Origin: a virus | UHGV virus genome: UHGV-0178594 | DNA: 64,000 nucleotides | Reading direction: 5' to 3' (one strand) | In this document: one piece after another, positions 29,393 through 38,706 of the stretch | Position numbering within the stretch: the stretch's first letter is position 1 | Layout: each line of letters opens with the position of its first letter | Notes under the pieces: generated by a model | The model's database searches: none | What the model saw: only the letters and a program-made list of their open reading frames with translations | Told to the model about the DNA's origin: nothing | Position numbers and translations under genes: made by a program

Positions 29393-30160
29393 TTACCCCA
29401 TTCTCAGAGAGGTTTCAGTAATAATTCGTTTCGCGTCCAGCTCCCAGGCGGTGATCACGTCTGCTATAACACTAATTGCCGTTTGTGCAGCATAAATACG
29501 CTCTTCCCCAATTGGGGCTGAAACATCAGTAAAACTGATGTCTTTAGCATCCTGAATCGCGCAAATTAGCGGGACGGGTACTCGTACCAGCGGGGTTGTT
29601 GCTTCAAACTGCGTTCCTGCCATCAAGCGAAGACGTGCTCCTAGCGAGTTACACATCAGACTCATGGTCGCCTTATCCGTCGCCATTAATGTAACGTCAT
29701 ACGTCAGATTTGCCTGGGTGTATTCCAGGGCTACTAAAGGCATACCGCTGCCAGGTTCGCAGAAGTGATCACATCTTTTGCGGTCTATCTGCTGGTCATT
29801 GTTGATATAGCTGATATCCATTGAGCGCGAGATATTAATCAGAGGGAGTGCATCGCGATTAATGTTCGGATTCTCTGGCTTTCTCCCTTGCCCGGCATTA
29901 GCACGGCGAACCGCTTTAAGGAACTCGACCGCGTTATCAAAACGGGCAACATAAACACGCTCCGCTGGTGGGCGACTCAGGAATGATGCAAAGCGCCTTT
30001 CTTCTTTTGCTGGTTCCACCAGCGTTACGTCAGAAAAAATGTCACTGATTAGCGTAGCAAAAGCGTTATCCACTCTTTCCAGACCAGTTGTCTGGAATTT
30101 TCCAGTACGCGTTGTCTGCCACTCGCCAATGCGGGACAGGAGAGTTTTGTTGGGTGTCAT
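29393..30160 (-). CDS. Baseplate/tail protein (unassigned)
   Basis: 255-aa ORF. Confidence 0.3.
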   Translation of the reverse strand: MTPNKTLLSRIGEWQTTRTGKFQTTGLERVDNAFATLISDIFSDVTLVEPAKEERRFASFLSRPPAERVYVARFDNAVEFLKAVRRANAGQGRKPENPNINRDALPLINISRSMDISYINNDQQIDRKRCDHFCEPGSGMPLVALEYTQANLTYDVTLMATDKATMSLMCNSLGARLRLMAGTQFEATTPLVRVPVPLICAIQDAKDISFTDVSAPIGEERIYAAQTAISVIADVITAWELDAKRIITETSLRMG

Positions 30161-30960
30161 TCGATCACTCCGTTTTGAGTGGTATCAAAGTTCCTGGCCG
30201 GGATGCAGTAATAAAGGGAGCCGACGTGTTGTGTTCCGTAGCTGAAGATTCGATGCACGTACCACCAGCGGCGGGCGAGGCCATTCGCCATTTCTTCGTT
30301 CCATTCCAGGATTGAACCAACAGGTACGTTGTTTGCAGCAATACGCAGGATTAGCACTTCATCAGCAAGACCATCCTGTTCTCCATCGGCATCAATGGCA
30401 TGAAACGAATCCCTTCCGTCCGGGTTATCCAGGACGTATACGATTTCCGGTTCCAGATAGGTAAGCTCACGCTGGTTGTTGTCCAGTTGCGTGAAAGACT
30501 CTTCACCTGTTTCATCGTTTACGACGCCATAGGTGCCATCAGCCGGGCGGTATAAAAGCGCCTCGAACGCGTCAGGGCTTGATTCAATAATGAGCATCCA
30601 ATCGGCGCGGATCTGGTCGTTGAACGCTTTATGTCCGTTATATCGGGTTTTAAGCTGCTGGTTTGGTTCTCTGTTAGCGAGCGATGCCGGTAGGGGAGCG
30701 ATGTCAGGTTCAATCACTTCCGTAACAGAGTCACCAGCATTATCAGGCCAATTATCATGGCTATTAGATTGGGTGGCGGCGTGCTCTTCCAGAATACTGA
30801 ATGGCCCTGCACTGACATTCCCATTTTCCGTTGTGCTTCCTTCATTCGCTTCAACCGTCGTTGTCTCTTCTCTCTGCGTGCTGTCATGTTCTGTTCCCTT
30901 TCTCATCAGGCTTGCATCATCAGCAAGCCATTCATCAAAACGGCCCATAAGCGTCCTCAA
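30157..30960 (-). CDS. Tail/baseplate-operon protein (unassigned)
   Basis: 267-aa ORF, first gene of this minus-strand block. Confidence 0.3.
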   Translation of the reverse strand: MRTLMGRFDEWLADDASLMRKGTEHDSTQREETTTVEANEGSTTENGNVSAGPFSILEEHAATQSNSHDNWPDNAGDSVTEVIEPDIAPLPASLANREPNQQLKTRYNGHKAFNDQIRADWMLIIESSPDAFEALLYRPADGTYGVVNDETGEESFTQLDNNQRELTYLEPEIVYVLDNPDGRDSFHAIDADGEQDGLADEVLILRIAANNVPVGSILEWNEEMANGLARRWWYVHRIFSYGTQHVGSLYYCIPARNFDTTQNGVIE

Positions 30961-31111
30961 AGGTCGATTTATCAGGTATCGAAAGGAAGATTTTCGGGAG
31001 ATTGTGATTTTGGATGGAGGAGGGGAATTGTTATAATATGCACTTGCGCACGGTGCAACGGTGCGCTATCATTATGACATTCATTAATAATCATGGAGGA
31101 TAAAATGATCG

Positions 31112-31414
31112 ATGAACAAAAAGATTAACATAAAGAATTTCAGGGATGAGTGGCTTGATGATTTTTTTGAATTTTCAATACCACACAAAAAGATACCTTC
31201 TGATATTCAGATTACATTGTTGCGGAAGCTGGATATTATCAATGCTGCAACTACTTGGAAGGACTTGAGATCACCACCAGGTAATCGGTATGAGGAATTG
31301 TCAGGGAAGCTAAACGGCTATTCATCAATAAGGGTGAATAAGCAATACAGGTTAATTTTTAAGTGGGTTAACGGAAAGGCCGAGGACTTGTATCTCGACC
31401 CTCACAAATACTAA
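31112..31414 (+). CDS. higB: HigB-family (RelE/ParE superfamily) toxin, 'plasmid maintenance system killer'
   Basis: ..NFRDEWLDDFF..KKIP..LLRKL..LRSPPGNRYEELSGKLNGYSSIRVNKQYRLIF.. matches the remembered HigB pattern; TTGTTATAAT -10-like element upstream. Confidence 0.7.
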   Translation: MNKKINIKNFRDEWLDDFFEFSIPHKKIPSDIQITLLRKLDIINAATTWKDLRSPPGNRYEELSGKLNGYSSIRVNKQYRLIFKWVNGKAEDLYLDPHKY

Positions 31415-31485
31415 AACAAATACCCGGCGGATGGGCCGGGTACTGACCAGAGTCCACTTAATACGCACGCTAGTAAGGGCAAAAA

Positions 31486-31824
31486 ATGAAACAGGCAACC
31501 AGAAAACCGACGACTGTAGGTGATATCCTGCTGTACGAATACCTGGAGCCGTTAGAGCTTAAGATCAACGAGTTAGCAGAAATACTTCATGTTCATCGTA
31601 ACACCGTAAGTGCTCTTGTTAATAACAATCGTAAGCTAACGATGGATATGGCATATCGCCTGGCAAAAGCATTCGATACTTCTGTAGATTTTTGGATTAA
31701 TCTTCAGACCGCAGTAGACCTGTGGGAAGTCGAAAATGATATGCGCGTTCAGGAAGAGTTAAGTCGTATCAATACTGCTGAAAAATTTATTTCTCAGCGG
31801 AACCTGAATAAAAAAGCAGCCTGA
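31486..31824 (+). CDS. higA: HigA-family HTH antitoxin
   Basis: ..TVGDILLYEYLEPLELKINELAEILHVHRNTVSALVNNNRKLTMDMAYRLAKAFDTSVDFWINLQ.. typical HigA HTH. Confidence 0.7.
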   Translation: MKQATRKPTTVGDILLYEYLEPLELKINELAEILHVHRNTVSALVNNNRKLTMDMAYRLAKAFDTSVDFWINLQTAVDLWEVENDMRVQEELSRINTAEKFISQRNLNKKAA

Positions 31825-31843
31825 TATAGTTAAACACATACAA

Positions 31844-31868
31844 AAAGCCCACTTAACAAGTGGGCTTT
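31844..31868 (+). terminator. Hairpin AAAGCCCACTTAACAAGTGGGCTTT after higA (weak U-tract)
   Basis: Perfect 9-bp stem read directly; followed by CCTTTGG. Confidence 0.3.
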
Positions 31869-31880
31869 CCTTTGGAATTA

Positions 31881-32240
31881 ATGAACATTAAACCTATCCG
31901 TACAGAACAAGATTATGAGGCCGCACTGCGTGAAGTCGAACCGATGTTCGATAACGAACCGGAAATGAATACTCCGGAAGGTGATTTCTTTGAGGTTATG
32001 AGTCTTCTCATTGAGGAGTACGAGAAGAAACATTACCCAATTCAGCCACCATCACCTATTGAGGCCATTAAGTTCCGCATGGAACAGCAAGGGCTGACCG
32101 TGAAGGATCTGGAACCGGCTATTGGTAAATCAAATCGTGTTTACGAGGTGCTAAATGGGACACGAAATTTGACGTTACCTATGATTCGTCGTTTACATTC
32201 CCAGTTTGGCATTCCTCTTGAAAGCCTGGTTGGTGTTTGA
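31881..32240 (+). CDS. Orphan YgjM/HigA-type antitoxin-like protein with C-terminal HTH
   Basis: ..IGKSNRVYEVLNGTRNLTLPMIRRLHSQFGIPLESL.. resembles the C-terminal HTH of E. coli HigA (YgjM); no cognate small toxin ORF directly upstream; start set at ATG 31881. Confidence 0.5.
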   Translation: MNIKPIRTEQDYEAALREVEPMFDNEPEMNTPEGDFFEVMSLLIEEYEKKHYPIQPPSPIEAIKFRMEQQGLTVKDLEPAIGKSNRVYEVLNGTRNLTLPMIRRLHSQFGIPLESLVGV

Positions 32241-32289
32241 GTTTGGCGGTCTGGAAGACCGCCTTCACCAAAAATAAAGATAAGAAGGT

Positions 32290-33039
32290 TTGAATTTTTA
32301 TATGAGCAAAGATTCATCATTAGAAAATAAAGATGAAAATGTCACAGTCAGGAACACAATAGAAGAAGCCATAAGAGACAAGTTATTTAATAAGTTGTTT
32401 GCATATGTTGTGGTTTCTTTTTTAGTCGTTAACTGGCAGGATATTATTATATTATTTAAATCAAAGTACGATATATATACAACATTGTCTATAGTATGGG
32501 TTGGTGAGAAATATCACTTTCCTTATGTTGGCCCCATCATTGTATCTCCGTTTGTGGCTCATTTTGTTATGCCATTTATATATGGAACCACTGCGTCAGT
32601 GGTAATGCCTTATATAACAATGTATATATCAAAAGCAACAGGCAGGAACTATGCAAGAATTAGATACATTGACTATGAGTTTGATTTAGAAGAGAGGGCA
32701 AGAATAAAAGAGTTGCAGATCAACTTGAAGCAAAAAGAGAGCAAGCTTTTAAGTCTAGAAAAGCAAACAGAAGATCAATATAAATTATTGTCTGCAATTG
32801 AAGAGAAGAAGAGAGAGACTGAGAGTGCCAGAGTGGCTCTGTATCACGGCATAAAAGTAATTGTCGATGTATATAAAGCAAAAAAGAAAAGAATTTCCAC
32901 CCAAGAAGATTTTGCCGATTTATTAAAAGCAATTGAAGAAAGCGATTTTTATAAAGACACTGGATTGTGGGGTATTAATAAACTAATAGATGACGTAGAG
33001 AAAATATATGAGTCTCAATCGACAACAAAGGACAAGTAA
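32290..33039 (+). CDS. AT-rich membrane protein with N-terminal TM helices and C-terminal coiled coil
   Basis: 249 aa; hydrophobic stretches (FAYVVVSFLVVNW, IVSPFVAHFVMPFIYGTTASVVMPYI) then K/E-rich heptads; local GC visibly lower than its flanks. Confidence 0.4.
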   Translation: MNFYMSKDSSLENKDENVTVRNTIEEAIRDKLFNKLFAYVVVSFLVVNWQDIIILFKSKYDIYTTLSIVWVGEKYHFPYVGPIIVSPFVAHFVMPFIYGTTASVVMPYITMYISKATGRNYARIRYIDYEFDLEERARIKELQINLKQKESKLLSLEKQTEDQYKLLSAIEEKKRETESARVALYHGIKVIVDVYKAKKKRISTQEDFADLLKAIEESDFYKDTGLWGINKLIDDVEKIYESQSTTKDK

Positions 33040-33072
33040 TATAAAAGGCGGGATAACCGCCTTTGTTGTAAA

Positions 33073-34269
33073 TTAAGAACCTTTCTTCACATACTCCATA
33101 AACATTTTTTCAGCTTGCTCAGGTGACGTTCCTGTCATGACCAGCGCATCAATGAACGCTTGCTTCTTCAGTGCGAATTGATCGGCAAGGCGTTGCTGAA
33201 GCTCCTTGTTTTTCTGTTTCTCACGTTGCAAGGCTGCTTCTTTTGCTGCTGCCCGTTTTTTCTGTGCATCGGACAACTTTCTGGCCCTGGTCAGCTGGTC
33301 ACGTAGCTTGTCAATCTTGCCGTTGTCCTTTGCCAGTTTTGTGCTTAAAGCGGCCTGGCGTTTCTGATAGAGCTTCCATTCACGTTTAGCTGCCTCAACA
33401 TTCGTTTTGCTGCTACGGTTTCGATTGAACGCCTTCTCGTCTTCTTTTGTGAAGTGTTTTGTCGTGCGGCGGCGATCGTCACCAAAGGCAACTTGCGTTG
33501 CAGCTTTTTGCAGGGCGCGAGCAATACTCATCTGCCAACTGGCAGACTGTAGTCGTGTCATTGAGTGGATCACATGTTTACAGGCGACGCCTTGCAGCTT
33601 AGGGTTGCGAACTTTTGGATAGGCGTATTCTTTTGGCGGGGCCAGGGCAAAGTTACCTGCAGTGGCGATGTAGCGATACCAGTATTGATGGCGACCGCAG
33701 TCACAATCGAAAGACACTCGCCCGGCACACAGTGATTTTGTGACTTTCAGGGCTGATTTATCGTCTTCTGCGATGTCATCGACCATCTGATCCCATTCTT
33801 CAAAACGTACCCGGACAATGTGGTGCTGGTGAACGGATATATCGGACGCTTCCACGCGGATATTAATCACATTGTGACGAAGAGATACGGGCGTAGCTCT
33901 TTTGATACCAGAACCGTCGTCTACGGCGTTATTTGCTCGCTTAATATCGATAGCCTGGCTGGACGCTACCAGTTGTGCGTATGTAATGCCAGCCGTCTTG
34001 CTGTCGTATTTTTCGCGAGCTTTGCTTCGCAGCTTTTCGAAGCCTTTCAGATCGTCACGCGTAAAGAACGTGCCGCCTTTCTTTTTCCCCAGCTTAAGAA
34101 TGTCTTCGGCTGATTTATTCCTAAGCCTGCCCGGCGTGAGTGTCCTGTTCGCCTGGCGGCGTTTGCGGTTTTGCTCTTTCCTGATGAGTTCAAATACGCG
34201 TGTGAAATCCTTAGAGGACAGGCCGTCAGTGATATATCGCCCGTCCTGATTTTTCAGGAAGTCAGGCAT
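33073..34269 (-). CDS. SWIM zinc-finger protein with basic coiled-coil C-terminus
   Basis: CxC..CxH signature ..FDCDCGRHQYW..GVACKHVIH..; K/R/Q-rich C-terminal third. Confidence 0.45.
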   Translation of the reverse strand: MPDFLKNQDGRYITDGLSSKDFTRVFELIRKEQNRKRRQANRTLTPGRLRNKSAEDILKLGKKKGGTFFTRDDLKGFEKLRSKAREKYDSKTAGITYAQLVASSQAIDIKRANNAVDDGSGIKRATPVSLRHNVINIRVEASDISVHQHHIVRVRFEEWDQMVDDIAEDDKSALKVTKSLCAGRVSFDCDCGRHQYWYRYIATAGNFALAPPKEYAYPKVRNPKLQGVACKHVIHSMTRLQSASWQMSIARALQKAATQVAFGDDRRRTTKHFTKEDEKAFNRNRSSKTNVEAAKREWKLYQKRQAALSTKLAKDNGKIDKLRDQLTRARKLSDAQKKRAAAKEAALQREKQKNKELQQRLADQFALKKQAFIDALVMTGTSPEQAEKMFMEYVKKGS

Positions 34270-34591
34270 TTTCTATCTCCGGTGCCGAGCCAGCGTAATC
34301 GCGAATCTTGTTTCTTAGCCATGCTGCGTCAGGAAGAGTTAACGTTGTCCCTACCGGCATTTCTTCCATTTCTGACTCATGGCCCACCAGCACGCGAAAT
34401 ACCCAGCGCAAATCAGCGTTGCCATAGGCGCGATAGGCCGCCAGGTCTGAGCGATAAACCTCATCAATTTTTATCGTGTACTGGAAATTATCGGAGTGAT
34501 ACTCCGATACCCGCTTGATCATCTCCTGATGGAATAGTGCGCGCAGCACATCGTCTTCAATGCATCGATCGTCGAGCCTGCTGTAACTCAT
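34262..34591 (-). CDS. Hypothetical protein
   Basis: 109-aa ORF overlapping the SWIM gene start. Confidence 0.3.
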   Translation of the reverse strand: MSYSRLDDRCIEDDVLRALFHQEMIKRVSEYHSDNFQYTIKIDEVYRSDLAAYRAYGNADLRWVFRVLVGHESEMEEMPVGTTLTLPDAAWLRNKIRDYAGSAPEIENA

Positions 34592-34787
34592 AACAGTTCC
34601 TCACAGTCATAACCTGGGGGGAACTGTATGCAGGGTGTGAAATGCGAGAAACAGACAGGCCACCAGTTCAGGGGGATGTGGTTCATAAATCCCCTCACTG
34701 GTGACAAGTGACTTTCATTAATCTTTATGCGGGGGCCAGCTTCATTGTTTGCTGGCTGTAGATTAAAAATTAAATAGTGTGAATGAC

Positions 34788-34922
34788 ATGGACGTTATTC
34801 TCGAATTGTTAAAGCTAATTGTTCTGTTTATGAACGCCTCGTTGACCACGCAAATACTGGCGTTAGTATTTTTGTTACTCTTCTACCTGGTATTAAGGGA
34901 GTTAACAAAGCTACTGAGTTGA
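34788..34922 (+). CDS. Small hydrophobic peptide (44 aa) MDVILELLKLIVLFMNASLTTQILALVFLLLFYLVLRELTKLLS
   Basis: ATG at 34788 to TGA 34920-34922, hand-translated; below the ORF-track size cutoff; weak RBS. Confidence 0.2.
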   Translation: MDVILELLKLIVLFMNASLTTQILALVFLLLFYLVLRELTKLLS

Positions 34923-35576
34923 TTAAAGTATCACCGTATCTTCATCAATTACTTGCCCGGCCAGCGATTTTGGTTGGGTATTTCCTGCTTTAGCTTTTTG
35001 ATCGCTGATAATGGACAGGAACGAGGCCATTATCCCTGCTTTGTTTTCTTTCTCTACCGCTCCTGTCATTTGTTTCAGGTAATCCGCGCTGGCAACATTA
35101 TGGTATACCGTTGCATAGCAGCACAGAATCATCAGGATGTGCTCTGGTCGGATATCTTGCCAGTTAACTCGATAAACCTCTTCACCGTTGCCGTTGTATT
35201 CGGTATCGACGATAGAGTCGGGGATCTCAAATGCCCCTTTGTTCTTGTCAGGCAGGGATAGCAGCCTTTGTAGTTTCAGCTCCCGGTATCTCTCCATGCC
35301 GACAATGATCGCTGCTCTGCCGTCGGCGTGCCGTGTTTTTAATGTTACCTGGCTGGCACCTGTACCGGCTGAAATGGTTGGCGTGATTTCGTCAACCAGC
35401 ACCTTAAATTCACTTTTACGCAGCTCGGCAATTGCTGGTGGAATTTTTCGTTTTTGTTCAATAGCAGATGCAGGGAGCGGCTTTACTTTGTCAATTACAA
35501 GCGCGCCGTCTTTCAGGACTGCCGTAGCCATCAGCGGCTTGTTAGTAGAAAGACTGAATATTGCGATCTTTTGCAT
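34923..35576 (-). CDS. Hypothetical protein
   Basis: 217-aa ORF. Confidence 0.35.
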   Translation of the reverse strand: MQKIAIFSLSTNKPLMATAVLKDGALVIDKVKPLPASAIEQKRKIPPAIAELRKSEFKVLVDEITPTISAGTGASQVTLKTRHADGRAAIIVGMERYRELKLQRLLSLPDKNKGAFEIPDSIVDTEYNGNGEEVYRVNWQDIRPEHILMILCCYATVYHNVASADYLKQMTGAVEKENKAGIMASFLSIISDQKAKAGNTQPKSLAGQVIDEDTVIL

Positions 35577-35847
35577 GGCTTTTACTCCACGATAGCAGGC
35601 ACAAAAAAAGGCCGCACATGGCGGCCTGCTTTGGCGTTATGACTCCCTACCGCGCATCGGCTGAAAGTTAGTCGTCAAAAGAACCTTCAACGGGAGCCGT
35701 TTGCGCAATGGATTTTGTCCAGATTGTGATTTCCAGAATAGTGTCAACAATTTTTTTGAATTTTTTATTCGCGCTGAATTTGGCCTAGGTCATTTTGGCG
35801 TAGATGTTTGCTTTTGTAACATAAAACTTCAGTTTTTTTACATGAAG

Positions 35848-36465
35848 GATGGTTTTGTGAAGTTAAGGGTTTTGGGAGCAGTGCTCGCGGTTATATTGGG
35901 GGGAGTTTCTCTTAATGCTGCCTATGCAGGCGCATTACCTGCAAAGTATGAGGCTGGGCTGAAGGTGTTGCGAAACGCCAAAACAAACTATACGCCTGAT
36001 GAAGTTTCAAACTATTGCCAAAAAGAAAATATCCCACTGAAACCTGTAGAGCCATTCTTTAAAAGCAACATTGAGTTCTGTGTATTTGCGTATGCAGCAG
36101 ATGAAACAGGAAAGGCCATACAAAAGACAGGGTATTCCACCAAAGACACAATGTCGGTGTTAAGTAACGGCGTGTTGCAGTTTGAGCTTTATCGTCAGCA
36201 AGGAATGGGAGATCTATTGCAGCCTTTGTATGGTCTAGCATTGGTGCCGGAAGGTCAGCAGTTTCTGATCAAAAAAGGCCTCATGAGGCAGGAAGATGTA
36301 GCTGGTTTCGATGCCATCGTTGCCTATGAAAAACAACTCAAGGAACAGCGCAATAAAAAACCATCTGCCTCATGCGTGCAAAGCAAAACAGCAGAATACA
36401 GCGCAGTGGCTGGGCCTTTAGCCCCACAAATGGCAGAGCAATGGTGTAAACAATACGGGCAATAA
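35848..36465 (+). CDS. Secreted/periplasmic protein with signal peptide
   Basis: From ATG 35848: MKDGFVKLRVLGAVLAVILGGVSLNAAYAG; the ORF track gives a longer 35701 start. Confidence 0.4.
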   Translation, partial: DGFVKLRVLGAVLAVILGGVSLNAAYAGALPAKYEAGLKVLRNAKTNYTPDEVSNYCQKENIPLKPVEPFFKSNIEFCVFAYAADETGKAIQKTGYSTKDTMSVLSNGVLQFELYRQQGMGDLLQPLYGLALVPEGQQFLIKKGLMRQEDVAGFDAIVAYEKQLKEQRNKKPSASCVQSKTAEYSAVAGPLAPQMAEQWCKQYGQ

Positions 36466-36485
36466 GTTACGCAGCGGAGGCAGAA

Positions 36486-36878
36486 TTGAAAAGATTAGCT
36501 ATTGCTTTATTGGCAGCTTTCCCTTTGATCGCTCACGCCGGGAATTTACAAGTGAAGTGCGGTAGGTTTGATATAAAAATCTATCCGAACGCCATATTTC
36601 TGAATGGGAATAAGGTCGATAACGCGCACCGGAAAACTGAATCTGACGTAATGAGCTATGTGTTCCAGGAGTATGCCGAGATGGGGGGAACTTACACGTT
36701 GTACTCGCTGGATGTTCCTTCTCGCGGTGATATGACGTTATCTCATCAATGGCAGAACGCCGATGGCGAAGCTCTGCGCGAGGTTAAAACAGAAAAATGT
36801 GGCACTTTCCATTCTTTTAAAGGGAAAGCGCCCAATGTTAAATCTACGCTTGAAAAACAGCGTGCTGGTGAGCTTTAA
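36486..36878 (+). CDS. Secreted/periplasmic protein with signal peptide
   Basis: MKRLAIALLAAFPLIAHAGN.. classic Sec signal with AHA cleavage site. Confidence 0.45.
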   Translation: MKRLAIALLAAFPLIAHAGNLQVKCGRFDIKIYPNAIFLNGNKVDNAHRKTESDVMSYVFQEYAEMGGTYTLYSLDVPSRGDMTLSHQWQNADGEALREVKTEKCGTFHSFKGKAPNVKSTLEKQRAGEL

Positions 36879-37213
36879 GCCCCTTTAATCACGGAGATTT
36901 CGTTTCCCGCACGATAGCGGCGGGGAACGGAACTCTCCATCAGGTCACGAATTACTCCCGCTTCACGCAGTTCCTCTGTCTCCCAGTATCTGTTTGTCAC
37001 CAGGTCAAGGCTGGCAATGACTTTATGCCGGTCATTCGGCATTGCTTCTTTTTCAGCCATTATCATCAGTGAGAACTCTTCATCCAGTAGAATTTGATAC
37101 CAGACTTTTGACAGTTCCAACTCTCTAATGAGGGTGAAGCGCCGCTCAATTGTGGCGGAAGAATAAGTGAAATCAATTTTTTTCGTGACATACATTTTGC
37201 TGTGTCCGGTCAC
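36875..37213 (-). CDS. Hypothetical protein
   Basis: 112-aa ORF. Confidence 0.3.
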   Translation of the reverse strand: MTGHSKMYVTKKIDFTYSSATIERRFTLIRELELSKVWYQILLDEEFSLMIMAEKEAMPNDRHKVIASLDLVTNRYWETEELREAGVIRDLMESSVPRRYRAGNEISVIKGA

Positions 37214-37251
37214 TTAGTAGTTAAAGCCCCGGCATGACCGGGGCAAATCTA

Positions 37252-38178
37252 TTAACTAACAATCCAGTCGGTCGCTGCTACATCTTCTGGCTGTAAATCA
37301 ATCGCACAGATCTTGCCGTCGCGAAAGGTGCGCCAGTTTTTCCGTGAGCCTCTTTCGGGCCATACCCAGACACTTTCAGGCCAGGATGCTCGACGGCATA
37401 CGGTTGCATACCCTGTTTTAATCTTCTCTCTGGCGGTATGCAACGACAGGTTTGCCTTTGGACTTTCAGGCACAGGATGGTGAATGGCCTGAAATAGCCC
37501 CATCCTGGGATGATACCAGCGTTTGTTGCGTGGTTCAGCCTCCGACATAACCTGCTTAAAGGCTTTCCGGAAGGGGGCCAGGGCCACAATGGAGCGTCTC
37601 GCAAGCAAACCATCGGGAGTTAAAAACTCATGCGTATCTGTGGGGATCCGGTAAGCGTTGACCAGGTTGCGGCATTTGGCTTCAGTCAGGCCGCATTTCG
37701 CCGCTAACTGGCGATAGCCAATGTAGCCTTCCGGAATATTGCCTTTCTTTATTTGCTCGACGGTTTCAGCGACTTTGGTCACTTGTGCCGATACTTCGGC
37801 TACCTGGGCATTAACGGCGTTGATCCGGCGTTCATGCTCAAGATGCATTTGCGCCATTTCGGCCAGAATTTCGGCTTTTGATTTTAACGGTCCTCTGGCA
37901 TTCTCCAGTTCGCGCCAGCGGTCCACCAGCCGGGCGGTGAATTCGGGAGAGAGCTGCGCGACGACGATAATGCTATCGCGCTTGCCTTGTTCGCCTTCGA
38001 AGACGTAATAGCTCGCCGGGCGGCCTGCAGTGGGCTTTTCCTCAATTTGAGGAAAAGTTATTACGCCCCGTTCCGCCAGGTGTTCAATGGTGCGTTTAAC
38101 GTTGTCAGGACGCTTACCCACCAGCTCCGCGATCTCAATACTGGTCATTGTCGCTTTTTGAGAGATGGACAGATTCAT
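37252..38178 (-). CDS. Rha-family regulatory protein / antirepressor candidate
   Basis: N-terminal ..MTSIEIAELVGKRPDNVKRTIEHL.. resembles the Rha/antirepressor N-terminal domain; coiled-coil middle. Confidence 0.5.
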   Translation of the reverse strand: MNLSISQKATMTSIEIAELVGKRPDNVKRTIEHLAERGVITFPQIEEKPTAGRPASYYVFEGEQGKRDSIIVVAQLSPEFTARLVDRWRELENARGPLKSKAEILAEMAQMHLEHERRINAVNAQVAEVSAQVTKVAETVEQIKKGNIPEGYIGYRQLAAKCGLTEAKCRNLVNAYRIPTDTHEFLTPDGLLARRSIVALAPFRKAFKQVMSEAEPRNKRWYHPRMGLFQAIHHPVPESPKANLSLHTAREKIKTGYATVCRRASWPESVWVWPERGSRKNWRTFRDGKICAIDLQPEDVAATDWIVS

Positions 38179-38393
38179 CAGTGCACCTCCACGCAGTTCA
38201 TTGGCAGATTCCAGTAATTGAGGATCTCCATCGCATCAAGAGTGAAGCGAGCAGCAAAAATGCAGGGTTCTTCGGGAAGGTATGAGCGCGCTTCTGCTTC
38301 GGTTGCAGCCATGACGCAGATATACAGGTGTTTTTGGCAGGAATAGAAACGCCAGATAAATTCAGAATGAGTTGGGGTAGGGATAGTAGCCAT
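38178..38393 (-). CDS. Small protein upstream of and overlapping the antirepressor gene (icd-like position)
   Basis: 71-aa ORF with strong RBS AAGGAGG; 1-bp overlap with the antirepressor start. Confidence 0.3.
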   Translation of the reverse strand: MATIPTPTHSEFIWRFYSCQKHLYICVMAATEAEARSYLPEEPCIFAARFTLDAMEILNYWNLPMNCVEVH

Positions 38394-38399
38394 ATTGGC

Positions 38400-38640
38400 A
38401 GCCTCCTTTGACTAAGTTAAGGAGCTACCGCGTGAGGTTCCAATCTCAATGGCGGTAGCACTGACTGGGTTGGAACTACCGGCGTCAAAGGGAACCGGCC
38501 TGCCTTTCGGCAGCCCAGCCAGCACTACCATTGATCTCTGAGCTAAACGCTAAGTATGGCTGTGCGATGGCATGACACAAAAAAAGACGCGTTCGGCGTC
38601 TGTGTCGCCTTTGACATTATCCGGGGTTCCAATCCCGGCA
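38400..38640 (-). ncRNA. Structured leader / candidate c4-like antisense regulatory RNA region
   Basis: Hairpins GCTACCGC..GCGGTAGC and CTGCCtttcGGCAG; GGTTCCAATC occurs twice (38427, 38619) with its complement TTGGAAC at 38466. Confidence 0.25.
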
Positions 38641-38706
38641 CCCGTTTTTCTAAGGTGCCGTAGAAATATACCCCACGATAATGCCAGGGCGCAACTGTGT
38701 GTTTTC

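Noticed and set aside
38427-38628. GGTTCCAATC elements resembling tRNA T-loops
   Set aside because: No matching acceptor stem, D-arm or anticodon arm could be built around either copy; more consistent with a structured regulatory leader
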